A stretch of DNA of 64,000 bases from Raillietiella orientalis (lineage: Eukaryota), in assembly GCA_036172245.1 (NCBI GenBank), contig JAYWIR010000034.1, positions 992,001 to 1,056,000 on the forward strand. Reading direction: 5' to 3'. How positions within the stretch are numbered: position 1 is the stretch's first letter; each line of letters begins with the position of its first letter. The translations under genes were made by a program, and so were the position numbers. This document shows positions 1 to 12,826 of this stretch, piece after piece. The notes below the pieces were generated by a model, which worked only from the letters and a program-made list of their open reading frames with translations, was not told the DNA's origin and did no database searches.

Positions 1-3000
1 TCGGATGGATTCTGGAGCCTCTACATTCATTACGAAATCTCGGATAGTAGAATACTTTTTTTGAATGGACTTATGCGGATTCGATGAGTTCACTCGTTAC
101 CTCCAGGAAATCATGGAGCATGCTGAGTCCACTACGCTCATCAACCACAAGCGTATTTATGTACCAAATATCCTGTACTTTTGGGATGTCTATAGAATTG
201 ATGTATTTTCCATCTGCATCAACGTTGAAAGATAACCAAAGCCAGTCGTCTCCTGTATCGTAAAAGTCGGTGTACGTCATGAACTTGGTCAACCGATATG
301 TTTCCTCTTCCTCTCGAGATGCAGCAAGGTCATTTTCACCTGATAAGTTACCAAACCTCGACTTCACATCCGCGCATGCAGAAAAAAAAAAGAGAAAAAT
401 ACAGACAGTTGCTTTCGTCACTTCCATCCGGGCAATCCATCTTGCCATCACACTGTTGCCTTTTCAGATAACAGCCACGGATCAAACAAGACAATTCCTC
501 GATCGATTTGTTACAAAAATCTGTCCTGTTTTTATCCTCAGCCCATTCCGAAGATTTACTCACGTGAATTGTGAATTACTTGGATCTTTGCATCCGTCAG
601 CGCCAACAAGCCGGAGAACATCAGCGTTGTGTACGTGTCTTTCCCATAGTTCGGAGCTTGGAAAAAGTGAGACTTGATGTAGTCGTTCTGCCCGACTCTA
701 TACTGAATCTGCATCAAAAGGCAATCTTGTTATTTCAGTACCCAATCTCGCTTTTCGTTAACACTGTGATCTTACAGTGTTCGCGAGAAACTCTATCAGA
801 CGTGATCTTACAGAATATTCCGATACCTACTTTGTGAATAGGACGTCTGTTCTCCTCAAATGCGTACAACGAGTCCAGAATGTTTGCTTCTGTCAATTCG
901 CTTACGTCACCGACGCTGAATGCTCCAGATCTCCTCCCCGACATGCCAATATAAGCACCGGGAGTGCTGCGACAATCGTATTCCACAGTATTTCCTGAAT
1001 GGTCTTTGTAGTGTTCCAGTTTCAGGGACAGCTAGAAACAAGACACCTCTCTAACAACTTAAATTACGGTTGAGATGGGGACATCCGGATGTTTCCTATT
1101 TCTGACTATAGTTTTAAATAGTTCCGGTGTATGCTGGGAGCAACTGTTTCCCGTAACTTTCTCAATGTAGCTCCGATCTCGGGAGCGTGTGGTCCATGGG
1201 AGTAATGATGATCCCGATTAGCTGGTTCGAGGAAGGATTTTTGATGATCATTGAATGATATCTGAGCATGAATTCTGCATGCTCAGATATGGTACATTTC
1301 TGCACTGTTTCCAATGCGATCATCGATGTTGGTGTCAAAGCAACCGGTCTGAGAAGTTTCCTTGTGAGCTCTTCTGCAACCTGAAGCAGCCAAACCATAG
1401 CGCGTACAACCGCGTGATTCAGGATCTGCTCGATGCAGTGTTTTCTTTGGCCTACAGATCTAGTTAGGCAGAGTTGACATATATGATTTTATTTATGTCA
1501 TGAGACGTATTCGAATCTGGATATTTATCAGAGATCGATTTGCGTGCATTTTCTCGAAAAATGATGCAAATTCATCGGTTCGACAGGCTTACTCATAGGT
1601 TGTTTGTAAAAGAAAACTTATAGGTTAATTAAAACCGAAAAAAGTGAGGAGGAAGAATGCTTAAAAAAAAAAAAGGAGAAAAAATGAATCAGTAAAAATG
1701 TTCATTACAAATGTCTTATAATTCGCGCGATAATCAGCATTTCGTTTGTTAGATGCAACAACAACGCAACTTTGATTTCGTTTGCTTTCTCCTCGTATGC
1801 CATAATAACGAAAGTATGTGGGAACCCTTCCGCAATAGTTTTATTGGAAGGCAGAACGTGGCTTTGTTTACCTTATGCCGGCTGATGGCTTCCACAGGCA
1901 CCGTCAAGCTGTCGGTCAAGAGTTCTCCGTAGCGATTCACATAGTAAACGAAAATGGTAAACGATGGGGCCATCTCTGGAGAGATAGGCACACTAAAAGT
2001 ATTGATGAGAGAATAAAAATCATTAATCAAGTGCTCATTTGAGTAGAGCATCATGCCTTTGGAGATGATCTGCGGGATGAATGAGAATATTGACTGTACA
2101 GAAAATGAGCTTACTATAAAATGGAATCTCGAAATGTGGAAATTGGTCCTGAGGTGAAATACAGCGTACTCTCCCACATTTCCCTTTTTGGTGCTGCTTT
2201 CTATTTTCAAATAGTGGAGATTTCCCTCATAGTATGGAAAAGCTTTCAGAACACCAGAAGAACTGGTTCCTTGGTTACGTTCGAAAAACTGAGCGCGGAG
2301 CTCCATATATTCCACTCCTTCAGGTACTTCATCCAGTTTAAAATATCCGATGCCAGATTCGTCCAAATTTACCCAAAAACTCGAGTTCTTCAACGACTTA
2401 GTCCCTCGAGTCAGAACAGAAATAAAAAGGGAATTTCGTAATTCTTCCTCCTCCAAAGGATGTCCATCCGCATAGGAAACGTACACCTGGAACACAGTTC
2501 ATGTCAAAAATGGCGCCTTCGTGGAGCGAAGCTGCTAGCAGACTTACATAACCGTCAAAGGGCATTCCAGGCTTGAATATGACTGGATTGGATGATACGA
2601 ACTTTACTTGGATTCTGTTGTCTATTAACTTCGTGTGGTCATATCCACTCGCCTCTGTCCCCATGAAAATGTCTCTCACGACTGCTTCCAGTCTGATTTC
2701 TGCTCCCTCCAGGTCCGAGATTGCATCGCTTATCTCTTTCATGGAGATCTGGAGGTCGTGGCTCGTGTCAAACTGAAACGGATCAAATTCTGCAAGGCAA
2801 AGATTCAGGATGGTGCTAGCCGAAAATTGCGGAGACGAGTCGCTGGCTGTGGTTCAGTCAGGGACTCCTCAGATGAATTTTGGTGACCACAGGAAGGAGA
2901 CCCTAAGTCACGGAAAGAAACCAAACTCATCTCCTTTCGGGAGAAAGGCTATGGAAGCTTCTGCCAGAGGGAAGCTAGCCAATCAACCACTGCATTCGCG

Positions 3001-6000
3001 ATACCCCAGTCGGAATCGCTCCTCGCAAATCGTCTTTGTAGGGTTTCAGTTTCCGAGGCGACTAGAAACAGCGCATCTTTCGGCTCCCTAATTATTGAAC
3101 TCATGCTCGGAATGAGGTCATCTTGATGTTTCCCCATTCCTAGCTGTTGCTTTAGATGGCTCCTCTGCATATTGAGAGCGACTTCTCATCCTATGGATGC
3201 ACCTGCGATCTAGATTGCCTTCGTTCTCCGATCCGTGGTCCACGAAAATTACAAAGATTCCACATAACTGGTCTCGAGTGCATTTCCGATGCTCAAAGAT
3301 GCCAGACGGGTCCTAGTCGACTTGGTTTCTCCAATGTAAGGCAACAATGCAGGGCAACGAACAGTTCCCGAAAAGATCGTTCCTGCAAACATTCCTCCAT
3401 CCTGTCTGAAGATTCGTCAGCAGAACAAACAAAGCACTGGCGAAGATGGGGCGGAAAGGTCAGAAGAGCAGCTCGGAGCAGCTGCTGCTTCTGAGTTGAG
3501 CGAAAGAGATGCACGTAGGAAGATGTCTCCGACTGAAGTCGTCCATCAGTCAGTCGAGGACAACATTAAGTGGACTGTGCTCCACTCAAGGTAGTGGAAG
3601 AAGATGAACGAACTGAAGCACGCCTAGGGGGGAGGAGAACTCGGAAGAGCATCTCCTGAGGGTGTGCCCAAGATGGAAGCTTTCTCCCGAAGAGAGAAAC
3701 TGAGCTGCTTTCCAGGAAGCGAGGAGAGTCTGCCGGAGCACCAGAAGCCTGCGTCACTATAACCGGAAGATCCATTCTGATTCAGGAGAAGAAGGCTCGG
3801 TGGACCCGCGGAGTTTCGAAGTGGCGCGGGAAGGAAAAGGTCACAGGGGGTGCAGTGTCCAAGAAGAAGCGTTCTTTGCGGGAAGGCGATCCCGCTCAGC
3901 TGCACAAAGGAAGGAACGAACAGGAAAGGGGCGCTTTTAAGTGCCGATACTGCACGTCCACCGAGGTCGTTCGGCTTTCCCATTCCTCCTCCAGCTGGTG
4001 GGTAAACAGCAGGCGGCAAACACGTTGGAAAATACTAAACTAGCGGAGATGGCCTCAGGCTATTGTGCGAGAAGAATTCCGGTCGTGGCATTCTGCCAGG
4101 GGCAACCCGTTCGAAAGAGGAGTTCTCGCCATCATCGTAAGGAAGGCAAACAACAACGCGAGATCCGGGCATCCTAGTCTCCGAGCCCGGAAACGTTTCC
4201 CCCTAAGCCTTCTCCGGAAAATCCAAGGAGATCGCGAGAATTCGGAAGACGTGTTCCACCTGGGTGTCTCGCTGGTCTGCTGGAAATGCGGCCGCCGTGG
4301 CGCTTCGAAAGCCGGCTCGTGGAAGATCGACCGAAGAGACAAATGGAGGAAGGCAAGGAGAACGTTGCGGGCAGGGACTGTGGGAGGACGGATGTTTGTG
4401 GCCTCGGGGAGAAACGGGGAGGTTCGACTCTGGATGGAATCTGGGGGAGAAGGGGAAGTATCCGCCAGTGACGCACTGGCCTGACCTCTCGAATGATGGT
4501 CAACGCTTGCGTCATGTACCGCGCCTACCAGAGCCTTATGAGGGAATCTTTGGAACGAGGTGGAGGTCTCCTAGTTGTCCGAAGCGACATGGTCCCCGCG
4601 CGGCCATCGTGGTGCCCGAGGGCGCCTCCGAGTTTGTCCCGATGGGAAGGTTCGCCCGAAACATCATCGAACCGACCGTACTTCAGCCCAGGAAGGGGAG
4701 TCGAGCCAACGGCAATGTGGAAGGAGACCCGCCATTTCTATTGTTGCTGCAGTTATTTTCTCCTTTGGAGGAACCTGGCGTGCCTTCTAATTCTCTGGAG
4801 AGCAAGTCGAAAGGATGCATCCTGCAGCTGCATCTATTTCCTCGGTAGCTCCACGCGGGATCGAGGAATCTTCCGATTCCCGCTCTGTACCCCTGGATCA
4901 CGGAGAACCGTCCAGGACGACGCCTGCAGGAAGTTCCGTCAGAGGACGGATGAAGGGGCAGCTTCATGGATCGTGCTCCTTTCCACGAGCCCTCCTGGGG
5001 TCTTCCCTACAGATGGAAGGCAGGCATAGAGGACGAGTAGGTCGGGACGTGCGTCTTTGTGGACGGGGACCATGGAGCGACTTCATATCTTCCAGGCTGC
5101 TTCCGAGACGAAGGCATCTCCCCTCCCCTTTGCGCGACCGTGACGCTCAGCCCAAGTGTCTCTGGGATGAGAGCGAAAGGACGTCCAGTCTGAGACCAAG
5201 CACAGCCCACGGGAACGTTCTTTCCTCTTTGCTACTCGGGCAGTAGACGCACAGGTTGATGCGGGAGATGGAAACGGAGAGGAGAGGAGCTCCTGCAGAG
5301 TGAGCTTTTCGTGACCGAGTGCGCCGGAGGCTGCAAGGCGTGGAGGATGGAGCCGCGGACCCAGTAGAAGTTGGCTTTCCTCCATCGAAAGATGTGGATG
5401 CTGGAGGAACCGAGGAGCCAACCCCCTCCGGAGTGACTCTTCGTGAAGAAGCCACGAGAGAGCGACCGCAGTCGGACAGAGTAACTTCTCGACTTCTTTG
5501 GAAAGGAGTGATAGGGCGAGGGGACTTCGCCGCCCAAGAGTTCAGGGAACCTCCGCAGGGAGGAATTTGATCCCACAAGAACGCCGGGAATCTGAGACGC
5601 TTGCCGTGGGGTGGAGTGCTCCAGGTGCTCTCGGGGGATACACGGGGTCTCCGGCCCTGGTCTATTTGCTCGGGGTCCGAGGCGTCCGCCTACATCCGGA
5701 GGCACGCACGCAGCAGGAAGAGAAGGAAGGGGAGGGTACCTGGAGAGAGACCTAGCTGACTTCTCGATGGCCTCCTCCGCCGGTCACTTCAGTTGCCACG
5801 AGGGATGCATCCACCGGCGTGGTCCTGGAGCTTTCGCCGTCGTCTCGTCTCGCTTTCCCAGATCCTTCCCAGATCTGGGAAAGCAAGAGAAATTTCCCTT
5901 CCGCAACCGATAGGACCACAGCCATCCTCCCTTCCGACTGGGCTGCTCCCTACGCTGACGAACTTTCCCGTCGCGGAGAGGATGGTCAGCTCCCAGTGCC

Positions 6001-9000
6001 TAATGGTTGGACGCACGGTCGGAGCGGATTTCGGGTGGGCCCATGATGGAACGCGGGAGGCGTGGGCCTCAGTAAGGTTGCCGGAAGCGCATCTCGGGGA
6101 ATCTTGTCGCGAGGAGACGCGCCTCACAGCACTCGCCGGAAGGCGTGATTCCGAAGACGTGACCCCGTCCTATCCATCTGGTGTAGATACCGCGGTAACT
6201 TCCCTTCTAGAGACCGCTCGTTCAGTGAGCTTGACCGTCACCGCTCCCTGAGAGACTTTCAGGCTCGTCGTCTGAGAGGCGAGCAGCGGAAGGGACGCAT
6301 CGGGTACGGGTCGACCGGTGGTCGGCAGCAGCCCCTCCGTGGGGCACCTTGTGTGCGGGTGGGCTGCGATTTCCGGCACGCCCGGTCTCCGCGTCGCCGC
6401 CTGAGATCCGGGGGCGTCCATCGCCCGCGACTCAAACTGCTCCTTCGTCAACCCCGGAGGCTGGAGAGTCAGGAGAAGCTGGCACGGCGCTCGGCCCTGC
6501 TGACCCCTTCCGGGATCCACCGGCAGCTCCGCGGAGTAACGGCAACGTTTCCTTCCTCTCTCGAGTTTCCGCTCCTATCCGCGGGTTGGCTCTGCCGACA
6601 GGCGGCGATGGAGAGGGGCGCCTCGCCTTCGAGGATTTTCGGACCCTCGTCGCCCTGGTTCACCCGCTGCTTCCGCAAAAAGGAGGCCAGGGGTGACGGA
6701 TTTCAGGAGAAAGGAAAGAAGCCCCTTGCCCTTGGAACTGAGCGCGGCGCGGGAGAAGCCCCTGGAGAGAATGCCCTCTCCTGGGAAAATACCCGCCTCT
6801 CCTGCCGCATGGGGCGGAGTTATGTCCGGAGAGAGGATCTCTTGGAGAGGAGGGGATGGGGACGAAATGGGAGGCTAGGAAGAATGTCCGCTCCGCATGA
6901 TGTATGAGAGGGAGAGGGGTCGTCCGCAGGCGCTCCCATTACCTGTCTGATGCTCTCCTCCCTCACGAGCGTGAATTCCCTCCTGGATGAGTCCTTGGTC
7001 ACTTGGGATTTTCCCCTAGCCAGAATGCGGACGGTTGCGTTCCCGATTACTCCCTTCTCGTGCATGAAGAAGCTGCCCACGTTCCCTGTGATGTGATCTG
7101 CGTACTGGGAAACGTAGGGCTTCATCTGGACGATGACCTGGAAGGACAGGCACACAGCTGTACGGGAGCGTGTGCGTTCGTACTCGCGCAGAGGGGAAAG
7201 AGAGTCTACCAGGAGACGGGAGGCCTCTTTCTGAGCGCGCGCGAGTCCCGCGAGCGAGGGAGAGAGGCTGTACGCACGAGGGAGGGGACGAAGGGAACTC
7301 CCTTCCGCCTCCCTGGCGGCTTGAGGGCTCCCCGAGATCGCGAATAAGGGGCAACGTCCAGGGTGGTGATTATCGTGTGGGAAGAGTGGGGCACACCCGT
7401 TAGCCCCCTAGGTGGCGCGGCCGGTCCCAGGGCCGAGGAAGCGGCAGACGACGACGACTTGCATGTGCCTGGTGCCTGAAGCAAACGACCCTGGGGTGGA
7501 GGGGGAGGCACGGGATGCCGCGTCCGGAAGAGGAGGGGAAGGAAGAGAAGGAACCCTTGAAACCACCCTCTGGCTCTCAAGGGAAGTGACGGAGGTCCGG
7601 GACTTCCTTGCGTGGATTAAATGCCGGTACGTCCGCTGCGGGAAGTGCCCGGCTGCAGCTGCTTGCCTCCTATGGATGTGCGCGTATTCTCGGGTTCCTC
7701 TGGGCAGTGGGTGGCCAGCGCAGGGCCTCTACAGCCCCCCGGACCTTCTGGACCTACGATCCTTCTTTGCCACTGCTGAGGAGCAGAGCAAGCGGCAGCA
7801 GGGTGGGAAAGGGGACGATTCCCTCCCGAAGGGCATGGGAGACGAGCGGGAGAGGAAGCCTTCGCCCGAGGTCATCCCTCGAGGCAGCACCGCCAGGGCC
7901 GGCCACTCTCTAGTCCTGGACCAGCAACGGGAACGCACCGCATCCCAGGGAGGTTCGGAGCCCTCGGCGGGCATTCTCGGAGCCGTCTGTCCGCACGGAG
8001 GGCAGCGTCCTCCCCCACACTCTCTCGTTTCTCGCAGGAACCGAAGGACGCCGTTCTCGGGGTGGTGGCGCTTGTTGCATCCCCGGCAGCATCAGCGTCA
8101 GTAGACGCTCCCCTTTCCGTCCTGAGAGCCGCGCTAGCAGCTCCTGCTTGCCACCAGGAAGACACATCACCTCTGCTCCCAGTGGCGTCCGCCATGCTCT
8201 TCCGAAGCCGCGGTATCCCGTGGCGCCGCTTCCAAATCCTGGGGAGGGGAAGGAGCATCTTCCGGATATTCGGCCGCTCTCCCTTCTTGTCCCCAGCATT
8301 CGGATCGGTTCCGTCCCAGATCGCCGCGACTGGGAATGATGGGGGCGTGGATGGCGGTTCTTTCCGCCTCTGCGCGAAGGCAAGAACCGTGTCTCTCCTG
8401 GACCACGTGAGGCGGGGAAGCGACCTTGGGCTGCTGTTGCTCCTGTATGCCCCTCGGGAATTCCTTTCATATCGCACCCTCACCTCTAAGCATCCTGTCC
8501 ACCCCGCATTCGCAGCCTTCCTCAGCTTCGAGGAATCCGTGAGGGAAGAGGGGAATGAGGAAGGAAGTGAAGGGGAGGGGTGGAGGGGAAAGTCTTCTTG
8601 GCGAGAAAGGGAGTCTCGTATCCCTCCTGAAAACTCCTGGCCGCGAGAAACGCCGCCCCCAATGCCAACCTGACCCGCGACCCCGGAAGGACGGTCGCCA
8701 AGTAACGAAAGAGGCTCGCCTCGCGGAGTCACGCAGACGGCACGGCGGGAGAAAGGAAGCCACCTTTCCCTCCAGAAGGATAGGGTAGGGGAGATCAGGG
8801 ATCTACCCTCACGTCCCGGATACTATCTGCGACCTCGCAAATCCGCGGAAACACGTGGCCACTCACCTCGAATTTCCTGGTGTAGTGGGTCTTGACCAGG
8901 AAGCGCTTGGAGTAGGTCTGGGCCGCCGCGGTGACGTTGATCTTCCAGAATCCGTCCGTGGGGATGTTAGGGAGGTCGATCCAAAAATCCAGAGCGCCTT

Positions 9001-12000
9001 CAGGGGTGGCGAGTATCAGCAGTGGCAGGCAACCGGGAGCGGAAGGAAGCGGGAAAGGAGTGAAGCCAGGAAGAGCGGAAGGGAAGCCCACCGGGAGCTT
9101 CCCGCGTTGCGGCCCGCTGGGAGAAGGGCGCTCGCCGGCTCCTTCGCATCCCTCCCCTCCTTCCTTCCGGATGAGCATAGCTGGGTGGGGAGGTCGGGTC
9201 CTCTGCAGATGCCCGTCGCCAGCTCTTCGCCTATCCGAGAGCGGCCGCAACCATCCGCTTCCGGGGAAGACGGCACAGGCACCCCGCAACCTTTTCGGGA
9301 ACGCGAGGGGAGGGGGCGATGATGCAGCCTAGAGCGCCCGAGGTCCTTCCCCCTGGGAGACGACCCCTTCAGGCGACTAGTCTCCTCCTCCCGGCTGTCA
9401 GGTTTCAGAGGGCCGCTCAAAGGGGCCGCCAGCTGCGAGCGAGACCGGGAGGTTCCCGGAGGATCGAGTGACTGAGGCAGCGTCCTCTCAGGTCCCCATG
9501 AAAACTGCGACCTCCGGCGGGCTGAAAGCAGGCAGGAGAAAGCGCTGCCTCTCCTGGGTCGCGCTCACTAGGGACTCGCGAGGGTCAGAGCGTCTCCAGG
9601 ACGAGTGCCCCTGGGGGTCGGGCCAGAGAATCTTTCGGCCGGAAGCGTCTTCTAGGAGACATCCGGAAGAGGATGGACGGCATCCTTTCCAGGCGCCAGG
9701 AAGGCTAGGTCTTCACTGAAGGAGGAAGGGAGGGACCCTAGAGGGGGGAGAAGGGAGCGCCTGTCCCTGCTCCCCTCTGTGATGACCCGCTGCTCTCTCT
9801 CGCGCTCCCCTGATCACCGAGGAGGCCGATGGCGAGCGGTGCGTCCCGGGTGTAGCCACTCTGGCTACCTCCGGAGTATCCTCCCTTCCTGCCCCCTTAT
9901 CTCAGTCTCTTTTGCCCTCCCGAGACTCGTCCTCGAAGCCTTGGGGGAAGGTGGAGAGAGGAACAATTCAACGATGCGCTCCGGGAAGGTCTGCAGGTAA
10001 GGGACGCCCTCCCGAGACGTCTCTCGAGGACTCCCCCGCCGACTGGCTCCGGGAAGGAAGCGGGAAAAAAGGGAGAGGAAGAAGGGGGTTACGTCGCATC
10101 CTTACCTTTGTTCGTGGGGCGGGATATCCACCTTTTGACGATCAGGTTCTGGGGGTCCTGGGGGAAGACACGTCTTGGGTCAGAGTCGAGGTCAGTCCCG
10201 AGGGAAGCTTTCGCTTCTCCCTCAAGGTGCGCCGCCCGAAAACGGCAGCCGCCTCTGCCGACTCCCCTACGCACCAGAATTTCCCACAGGATCGGCGGCG
10301 GGAGCCTTCTTGTACGAGGGGCAGCCCTGACTCGGTTCTCCGAGTTCTCCCGACCCCCACGAAGGAAAGGAGGAAGACATTTAGCCACGCACCCTTCTCC
10401 CGCCGCGCGCTCTCCTTGAGGAAACTGAGATCTCCTCTCCCAGGAGTGAGAAGATCTGCCATTTCCGGACTGTTCGGGAAGCCGAGCGAGGAGGGGGGCC
10501 CGAGGGGGAGCTCTCCAAAGGACCTCCGTCGCCGTCCTTCCCCCGGGATCCATGCCCTCTCGAGCTTCCCGGGGCGGTTGTGTGCGGGCGGGATTGTCTC
10601 CGCACCGGGACCCCCTCCCCACGACCTCGGAGGAGGTCGGCGCCTTACCAGCACGTGGACGGTGACGGGGCCGTCGTAGCCCTGCGTGCTCGTCCGCAGC
10701 AGGAACACCCGGAAGCGAACTGCAAGACAAAAAAAAAGGGCAGCTCTTTAGTTCCCCTTTCGCTCCCTAAGAGCGCTCGTGGCGCGATCGAGTTCCCGAA
10801 CTGCACGTCTCCCTCTGCACCTCGCCCACGGGGAGCCGGTTCCTTCTCGTGCGGAGGAGCCGGACCGGGAATTATGGGCGGGAGTCCCCGAGGTGAGGCT
10901 GGGGGAGGCCGGAAAGCTCCCTGTTCTGGGAAGGCCTGAAAGACGGGAACGGGCGGGGCCTCCGCTCTGTCTACTCCCCGCAACCCGCTGTAGGAGAGGG
11001 AACGGTCTTCTTCCCCTTCGGGAAGGCTCTCTGCCCTTCCTCTTTTACCTCTGGGAGGTCATCGCGGAGGCACGCCCCAGATCTCCGGAGAAGGCCGCGG
11101 GAGGACTCAGCTGTAGCGCCTTCCCTCCTCGCTTTTCTGTCCCGTCCTCAAGACTCCCGAAGGCGGTGCCAGGATGCTCTTCCCAGGAGAGAGACCTCTC
11201 CCGGAATCCCCGCAGCGCGGGTTTCCGGGTCGCCCTCCTCAGCCCGGCTCCTCTGGGAATTGTCGGAGAACTCACCCCTCTGCAGCCGGTTGTACACGGG
11301 CCGGTTCATCTGAACGAAGATGGCGAGAGTGCGGCCGGAGAAGTGCAACTGCGTCTCGTTCGAGAAGGCCACCACGGCCCTGTCATCGCGGTGTGCACCT
11401 TCGATTTTCAGGCGGTACGAGCCGGCCGAGGCGCTCGAGGGTATCTGGAAGGCAGGCGGTCGCGCCCAAGACAGGCGGATCAGGGGAATCCATTCGCCTC
11501 ACCGAAAGGAGCAGGGTGGCGTGGCACCCTGGGTCCACTTTGCTTCTAGCGTGGGTGACCTCCACACCATTATTTAGGACAAAGGCCTTGACGCTGAACA
11601 CTTTGTCGGGGGTGAGGTTGTTGACCATCATTCGGTAGATGGAGCCGGGACGCACGGTTCTGGACGCCAGCACCAGGTACTTCCTGGAATGAAGACCTTT
11701 TTTTTTTTTTGGTGGTGGTGGGGTAACTGGGTGGATGGGTAAGATGAAGAAGCGGGGAAGTTCCCTTTTTTCCTTCCATCCTTGTCAGGGGCGCTCAACG
11801 CCTGCCGAGAGTCGCTGCTTCGACGCGAAGGAGCTGCCAGCGGCGCTAAATCCGACGCTCCGCTGCTGGCGCCCTCCCCTTCCCACCCTTCCCTAAGTCC
11901 CCCACCGGGATGCCACCGGGTCGCGCGCTTGCGTACGCCGGAGGGATGTCTGCAGAGTCCTCGACTGCTTCCGGCGGGAGGACGGTATCTCGCGGTGCGG

Positions 12001-12826
12001 TAGCAGACCCACGGGGTCTTCCCGGTCTAGGAGGAGGGGGGGGGAGAAGGGGCGCAACTCGATGGTCCTCCCCGAGCCCTCCACCCCTCACCCTCAGCCC
12101 TTTATTTCTCCCCCTCCCGTTCACATGACCTTTCGGTCACGAGAAGTGGTTGCACCTAGGCGCCTTCCGCTGCTTGGTTACTGCCGCCGCTTCCTTCTGC
12201 TTTCGTCAGTGGCGATCGATCCAGGCTGGGCTCATGTAGCCTTTCCTTGCACTCCCCGCCAGGGGAGGGCAGGTGAACGCATGAGCGTGTTCCAGGACAG
12301 TGTCCATTGGAGGCCGCGACGGAGGGTGCAGAAGCGGTGAGAACCTCCCCGCCGAGGGCTCATCGGATTGTCATCCAATTAGAGCATCTGATTCCCCGTT
12401 CGAGGGAGACCTGATCGAACTCTGTGAAGGAGGCAGCCGTCCTAGGGACCTCAGCAGCTCAAGTCAGAATTCCAGACGGGATCCGCCATGTCCCAAGGGG
12501 TCCGCCAGCTGGGTCGTGTGCTCCCGAGCTTCCTCTTCGTTCTGGAAGCTTCCGTGGCAGCGACGCAGACGACTCGCTGTTAGTTGGCCCACAAAGGAAG
12601 CCGACGCGGATACTGCAGGGGCAAAAGCGTCTTTCTTCTCCTCTAATTACGGGGGACGGTGAAGGGGGGGGGGGGAGAGACGAAGAAGAAAAAGATGCGC
12701 GTCTCGCGCCGGCATCCGTTTCCGCCGGCATGCCTCGGGATTGTCACACGGAGATTTCTGGAAATTCTGCTGCATCGGCTGGTTCCCTCGCTGGCAGAGA
12801 TATCCCTGGGAGATACATACCATCAT
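1..12826 (-). CDS. Mcr: Macroglobulin complement-related protein (Mcr / TEP / CD109-like, alpha-2-macroglobulin family with LDLa module); multi-exon, 3' end runs off the left edge
   Basis: Hand-spliced GT-AG exons that all keep phase: 11683-11503 (KYLVLASRTVRPGSIY), 11444-11276 (YRLKIEG..AFSNETQLHFSGRTLAIFVQMNRPVY), 10719-10649 (VRFRVF..GYDGPVTVHVL), 10157-10106 (DPQNLIVKRWISRPTNKG), 8997-8867 (GFWKINV..RKFE), 7137-6943, 2772-2548 (FKPGMPFDGY), 2486-2115, 2069-1872 (ISPEMAPSFTIFVYY), 1031-831 (PGAYIGMSG), 708-564, 520-407 (LDLa), 339-101 (WLWLSFNV), 54-1. The MG-domain motifs plus an LDLa module near the bait region match Mcr-type TEPs. The putative first exon (ending at 12750) and the start codon are uncertain. 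Confidence 0.9.
407..520 (-). CDS. Mcr: LDL-receptor class A module exon of the Mcr-like gene
   Basis: Phase 1-1 exon encoding FCNKSIEELSCLIRGCYLKRQQCDGKMDCPDGSDESN(C), with the LDLa CDGxxDCxDGSDE signature. Confidence 0.9.
3600..6700 (-). mobile_element. Highly decayed L1/Tx1-like LINE ORF2 (RT, possibly EN) inside the 4.2-kb Mcr intron
   Basis: Degenerate RT motifs in the expected order on the minus strand: EMPSSRKQPGR (KAPGPDG-like, ~5100), FIRPLTEL (WRPISLL-like, ~4950), VIQGYRAGIGR (QxGFxxGR-like, ~4880), HPFDLLSRE (KAFD-like, ~4805), PAGGGMGKPNDL (GGLGxPDL-like, ~3990). Many frameshifts; boundaries approximate. Confidence 0.5.

Noticed and set aside
761..813. Small hairpin ACACTGT-GATCTT-ACAGTGT and 12-bp direct repeat GTGATCTTACAG in an Mcr intron
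   Set aside because: Too short to distinguish from local slippage or chance.
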